A DNA stretch of 51,880 nt from Candidatus Aenigmatarchaeota archaeon. GTDB taxonomy: Archaea; Aenigmatarchaeota; Aenigmatarchaeia; QMZS01. The notes under the pieces are model-generated. The model was not told where the DNA came from. It searched no databases and saw only the letters and a program-made list of their open reading frames with translations. The position numbers were made by a program, and so were the translations under genes. Numbering within the stretch: the first letter of the stretch is position 1; each line of letters starts with the position of its first letter. Below are positions 48,687 to 51,880 of this stretch, in pieces. The stretch lies in contig JAGLVB010000013.1 of the NCBI GenBank assembly GCA_023134135.1, forward strand, positions 1 through 51,880. The letters are read 5' to 3'.

Positions 48687-49589
48687 ATGGAGGAACAGGA
48701 ATATTTTTTAGGTGTTGATGCAGGAGCAACTAAGACAACATTATTTGTTGTTAATTCAAAAGGAAAAAAAATATTCGAAACAAAGAAAGATAATTTATCT
48801 CATAGGCATTTGACAGAAAAACAATTTGTAAATACTCTTGATGAAATCGCTTTATCAATAAAACAAGATATCAAATTTTCATGTTTTGCTTTTGCGGGAA
48901 TGGATACTGAGGAAGAGGAAAAGAAAATTGTAAAAATGATTAAAAAAAGCAAGTTAGGTAAAATGGTTAAATCAGATTTTATTGTTGTAAATGATATTGA
49001 AACTGTGTTGCCTTCTATTGATGCGGAAAATGGGGCTGTTGCAATTGCGGGAACCGGTTCTGCTTTTTTTGCAGTAAGCAAAAACAAAACTGTTAAAGCA
49101 AGTGGTGTGGGTTATTTGCTGGCTGACGAGGGTTCAGGTTATTTTATTGGACTTAAAGTTTTGAGAGCGGCAGTAAAATCAAATGATGGAAGAGGAAAGA
49201 AAACAATTCTTGAAAAAATGGTATTTAATAAATTAAAGATAAAGAATGTAGAAGATTTGGTGGATTATATTTATACAGGAAATCTAAAGAAACAGGTTGC
49301 GGAATTTGCCCCTCTGGCTGAAAAAGCCCTTGAGAAAAAAGATAGGGTTGCGAGAGATATTCTCAATTCAGCGGTTGATGAAATTGAAGTAGGGATTAAG
49401 GCTGTTGTTAAAAGAGCGGGACTTAAGGGGAATTCTAAGATTGCTTTAACAGGGAGTGTTTTCACCAATAAATTTATAATGAAATATTTGAACCCGAGAA
49501 TTAAAAAACTTTTTCCAAAAGCGGAAATTTGCATTGTCAAAAACTCAGCGATTGGGGCTGCGAAACTTGCAATAAAAGAATCCAAATAA
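48687..49589 (+). CDS. BadF/BadG/BcrA-family ATPase (N-acetylglucosamine kinase-like)
   Basis: 'LGVDAGATKT', 'VVND', 'IAGTGS', 'GYLLADEGSGYFIG'; ATG 48687. Confidence 0.87.
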   Translation: MEEQEYFLGVDAGATKTTLFVVNSKGKKIFETKKDNLSHRHLTEKQFVNTLDEIALSIKQDIKFSCFAFAGMDTEEEEKKIVKMIKKSKLGKMVKSDFIVVNDIETVLPSIDAENGAVAIAGTGSAFFAVSKNKTVKASGVGYLLADEGSGYFIGLKVLRAAVKSNDGRGKKTILEKMVFNKLKIKNVEDLVDYIYTGNLKKQVAEFAPLAEKALEKKDRVARDILNSAVDEIEVGIKAVVKRAGLKGNSKIALTGSVFTNKFIMKYLNPRIKKLFPKAEICIVKNSAIGAAKLAIKESK

Positions 49590-49593
49590 TATT

Positions 49594-50274
49594 ATGTGGC
49601 AACTCGAAAAAATAAATAAACTTGAACCTGATATAAGAACTTTGTTTGATATGAAGGAAGTAATTTATGATAAACAATGGCTTAAGAACCAGAAAGACAA
49701 AGATTTGTATTTTATGTATCGGAATATTTTTAAGGAAGAGGATAAAAATAAAATAGAAAAATCAGGTTTGAGGTATGATGTTACTGTAATACCCCCTGGA
49801 ATGCTCGGGCGCGAATTTACCAAGACTGTTGGACATTACCATGAAATTGCGGTTGAAGATTTATCTTATCCTGAAGTTTATCAGGTTTTGAAAGGCGAAG
49901 CAATTTTCCTTATTCAGAAAATTGATTTTGACACAAACAAAATAATTGATGTGTGTTTTTCAAGATGTTCTGCAGGGGACGTTTTTGTGATTCCACCAAA
50001 TTACGGTCATGTTACAATAAACCATTCAAATCAGGAACTTGTGATGTCTAACTGGGTTGCATCAAATTTTAAATCAGTCTACTATTCTATAAAATATATG
50101 GGCGGTGCATGCCATTTTTTTCTTGATGAAGGCTGGGTGAAAAATAATAGGTATCCTTTGGTTCCTGACCTTAGGGAACTACAGGGAAAAACCATGGAAG
50201 ATATGTACACGTTTATAAACACTCCCGAGAAACTGGAATTTCTAAAAAATCCAAAAATAGAACCTGAGTTGTGA
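49594..50274 (+). CDS. pgiA: Cupin-type glucose-6-phosphate isomerase
   Basis: 'LYFMYR', 'RYDVTVIPP', 'KTVGHYH', 'YPEVY', 'IPPNYGHVTIN'. Confidence 0.88.
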   Translation: MWQLEKINKLEPDIRTLFDMKEVIYDKQWLKNQKDKDLYFMYRNIFKEEDKNKIEKSGLRYDVTVIPPGMLGREFTKTVGHYHEIAVEDLSYPEVYQVLKGEAIFLIQKIDFDTNKIIDVCFSRCSAGDVFVIPPNYGHVTINHSNQELVMSNWVASNFKSVYYSIKYMGGACHFFLDEGWVKNNRYPLVPDLRELQGKTMEDMYTFINTPEKLEFLKNPKIEPEL

Positions 50275-50405
50275 CATGAACAATTAAAAGAATCTCAGAA
50301 TAATTTTTCAAATGAAAAATCTGCAAATGCGTTTTATTTTACAGATATGCCCTGAGGCTCTGCCTTAATTGGATATTTCATTTTATATAAAATACAATTT
50401 ATATT

Positions 50406-51521
50406 ATGATTAAAGATACAGGAACATTCAAAATATATAATAAAATTAAAAATTTAGTTATTCCCCTTTCTGAATGCATTCCTGAAACCGATTCTGAGAC
50501 TTCAAATAAATCAAATCAGAAGTATCCATCATCTAAAATCAAATTCCTGTTTCTGGGCGGATTAATTGTGTGTTTTGCATTATTTTATGCTTCTGGTTAT
50601 ATAAATTTGCCCACAGGCAATATTATTTCTTCCGAACCTGTTGTGTTTTCAGAACCCGTTGTTCTGGGAAAATCTGTGTATCCTGAGAAGGTGGCGCACG
50701 GGGATGTGTTGCTTGAGAAGGTTTTTATTGAGGATGAATACGGGATTGAATCTGTTACGGGCGAGATCGAGGGCATTGACAACATGACATTTTCTTTGAT
50801 TGATGGCACTCTGAAAAATGGAACATGGCAGAATGCATGGATCGTGCACACCACAGAGAATATGAAATGGTACACCACCGTCATCACAATAAAAAACATC
50901 AAAGGGGAAACCACGGTCACAACACTTCTTTGGCAGGACCCTACTGTTTACCACCCCGCATCCCAGATAACAGAAGGAACTTTTGATACAGGGGATTTTA
51001 CTTTTCAGGATAATGTTATAGTTCAGGACAACCTTACTGTGACTGGAAATCTAACAGTTGTAAATGGCAATATCAAGGTACAGGGTGCTGATATAATACC
51101 TAGCGGGTTAATTGTAATGTGGTCAGGAACCTATGACAACATCCCGACCGGCTGGGGTTTGTGCGACGGGACGAGCGGCACCCCGAATTTGACGGATAGA
51201 TTTATCTACGGGGTCAACGCGAGCTACGCGTCCGGCAATGACGGGGATATAAATGCGACCGGCGGGTCGAGCAGCTATAACCTTACAGTAGCCCAGTTAC
51301 CTCCACACAATCACACAGTCAACGACCCCGGGCACAGCCACACACTTGGGGCTGGGACCAGTACGTCCACCAACTGGCTCGCTAAGCGAGTGGGCGCGGC
51401 AAGCGGCTCCCTTACAACCGGGACGTCGTTTACTGGCATCACCCTCGGTAACACGGGGGACGGCGCTCCGATTGACAACCGTCCTGATTACTATGCCCTC
51501 GCATTTATAATGAAGCTTTAG
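50406..51521 (+). CDS. Membrane-anchored protein with C-terminal phage tail-collar/fibre-like domain
   Basis: TM helix near aa 46-65; C-terminal 'PSGLIVMWSG....IPTGWGLCDG..GTPNLTDRFIYG...TGG...LTVAQLPPHNH...HSH...NRPDYYALAFIMKL'. Confidence 0.75.
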   Translation: MIKDTGTFKIYNKIKNLVIPLSECIPETDSETSNKSNQKYPSSKIKFLFLGGLIVCFALFYASGYINLPTGNIISSEPVVFSEPVVLGKSVYPEKVAHGDVLLEKVFIEDEYGIESVTGEIEGIDNMTFSLIDGTLKNGTWQNAWIVHTTENMKWYTTVITIKNIKGETTVTTLLWQDPTVYHPASQITEGTFDTGDFTFQDNVIVQDNLTVTGNLTVVNGNIKVQGADIIPSGLIVMWSGTYDNIPTGWGLCDGTSGTPNLTDRFIYGVNASYASGNDGDINATGGSSSYNLTVAQLPPHNHTVNDPGHSHTLGAGTSTSTNWLAKRVGAASGSLTTGTSFTGITLGNTGDGAPIDNRPDYYALAFIMKL

Positions 51522-51666
51522 GGGCTTTGAAATTTGAATTCTGAACCGCTTCTGTCACCAGACTATTCACAGATGCTCTGCCCCCGTTATTAGGCAATCT
51601 GCCGGCAAATCCCGTTGGAAATTAAGTTAATTTTTAATAAATAATAAGACTTATTATAATAATATT

Positions 51667-51880
51667 ATGGAAAAGAAAAACCAATTAAAACAATTAAAAC
51701 CAAAGATTGTAAAAATTTTGACGAAGAATCATGTAGTCAGAGCCGGAATATTCGGCTCATATGCCCGGGGAGAACAAAAGAAAAACAGCGATATAGATAT
51801 TCTGATTGAAGTAAAAGCGAAAAAATTTAGTTTGTTTGATTTAGCAGGTATAGAGTTAGAGCTTGAAAAAACCTTGAGAA
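51667..51880 (+). CDS. Minimal nucleotidyltransferase (MNT), partial
   Basis: Manual translation MEKKNQLKQLKPKIVKILTKNHVVRAGIFGSYARGEQKKNSDIDILIEV...; GSx10DxD motif; runs off the window. Confidence 0.9.
   Translation, partial: MEKKNQLKQLKPKIVKILTKNHVVRAGIFGSYARGEQKKNSDIDILIEVKAKKFSLFDLAGIELELEKTLR

Noticed and set aside
50406-51620. Diversity-generating retroelement target or provirus
   Set aside because: No reverse transcriptase, no adenine-variant template repeat and no viral hallmark genes in the window.

Overview
AT-rich archaeal chromosomal segment, most likely from a DPANN lineage (inferred from MCM, Orc1/Cdc6, GINS, TBP, Alba, archaeal Cmk, cupin PGI and the compact gene layout). 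The left part has a partial PLD-like gene with a small RHH gene and an attC-like site, then housekeeping genes (antiporter, cmk, mcm, CBS protein, rad50, alba, pyrG). The centre has a replication origin (ORB boxes flanking an AT-rich unwinding element, 15640-15914) followed by cdc6 and gins. Directly upstream of the origin is the most unusual locus: a small wHTH gene, then a ~770-bp non-coding array of GTTCACGTGAAC palindromes, then an ExeA/TnsC-like AAA+ ATPase with a C-terminal wHTH whose stop codon is 5 bp from the first ORB. The palindromes have a bacterial parS-like core, satellite half-sites at fixed +19/+11 offsets, and spacings that all fit ~10.26-bp multiples. A second palindrome (TATTACA-N-TGTAATA) occurs upstream of mcm, upstream of the wHTH gene and inside the origin. 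Together these form a candidate undescribed origin-associated partition or initiation-control system. The right half is a ~26-kb mosaic glycosylation island (flippase, glycosyltransferases, a UDP-L-FucNAc pathway with split FnlB, methyltransferases, two B12 radical SAM enzymes, several pseudogenes). It is followed by korAB (korA carries an in-frame palindromic insertion), a sugar kinase, cupin PGI, a membrane-anchored phage tail-collar-like protein and a partial MNT gene. All assignments come from motif recognition by eye; no database searches were run.
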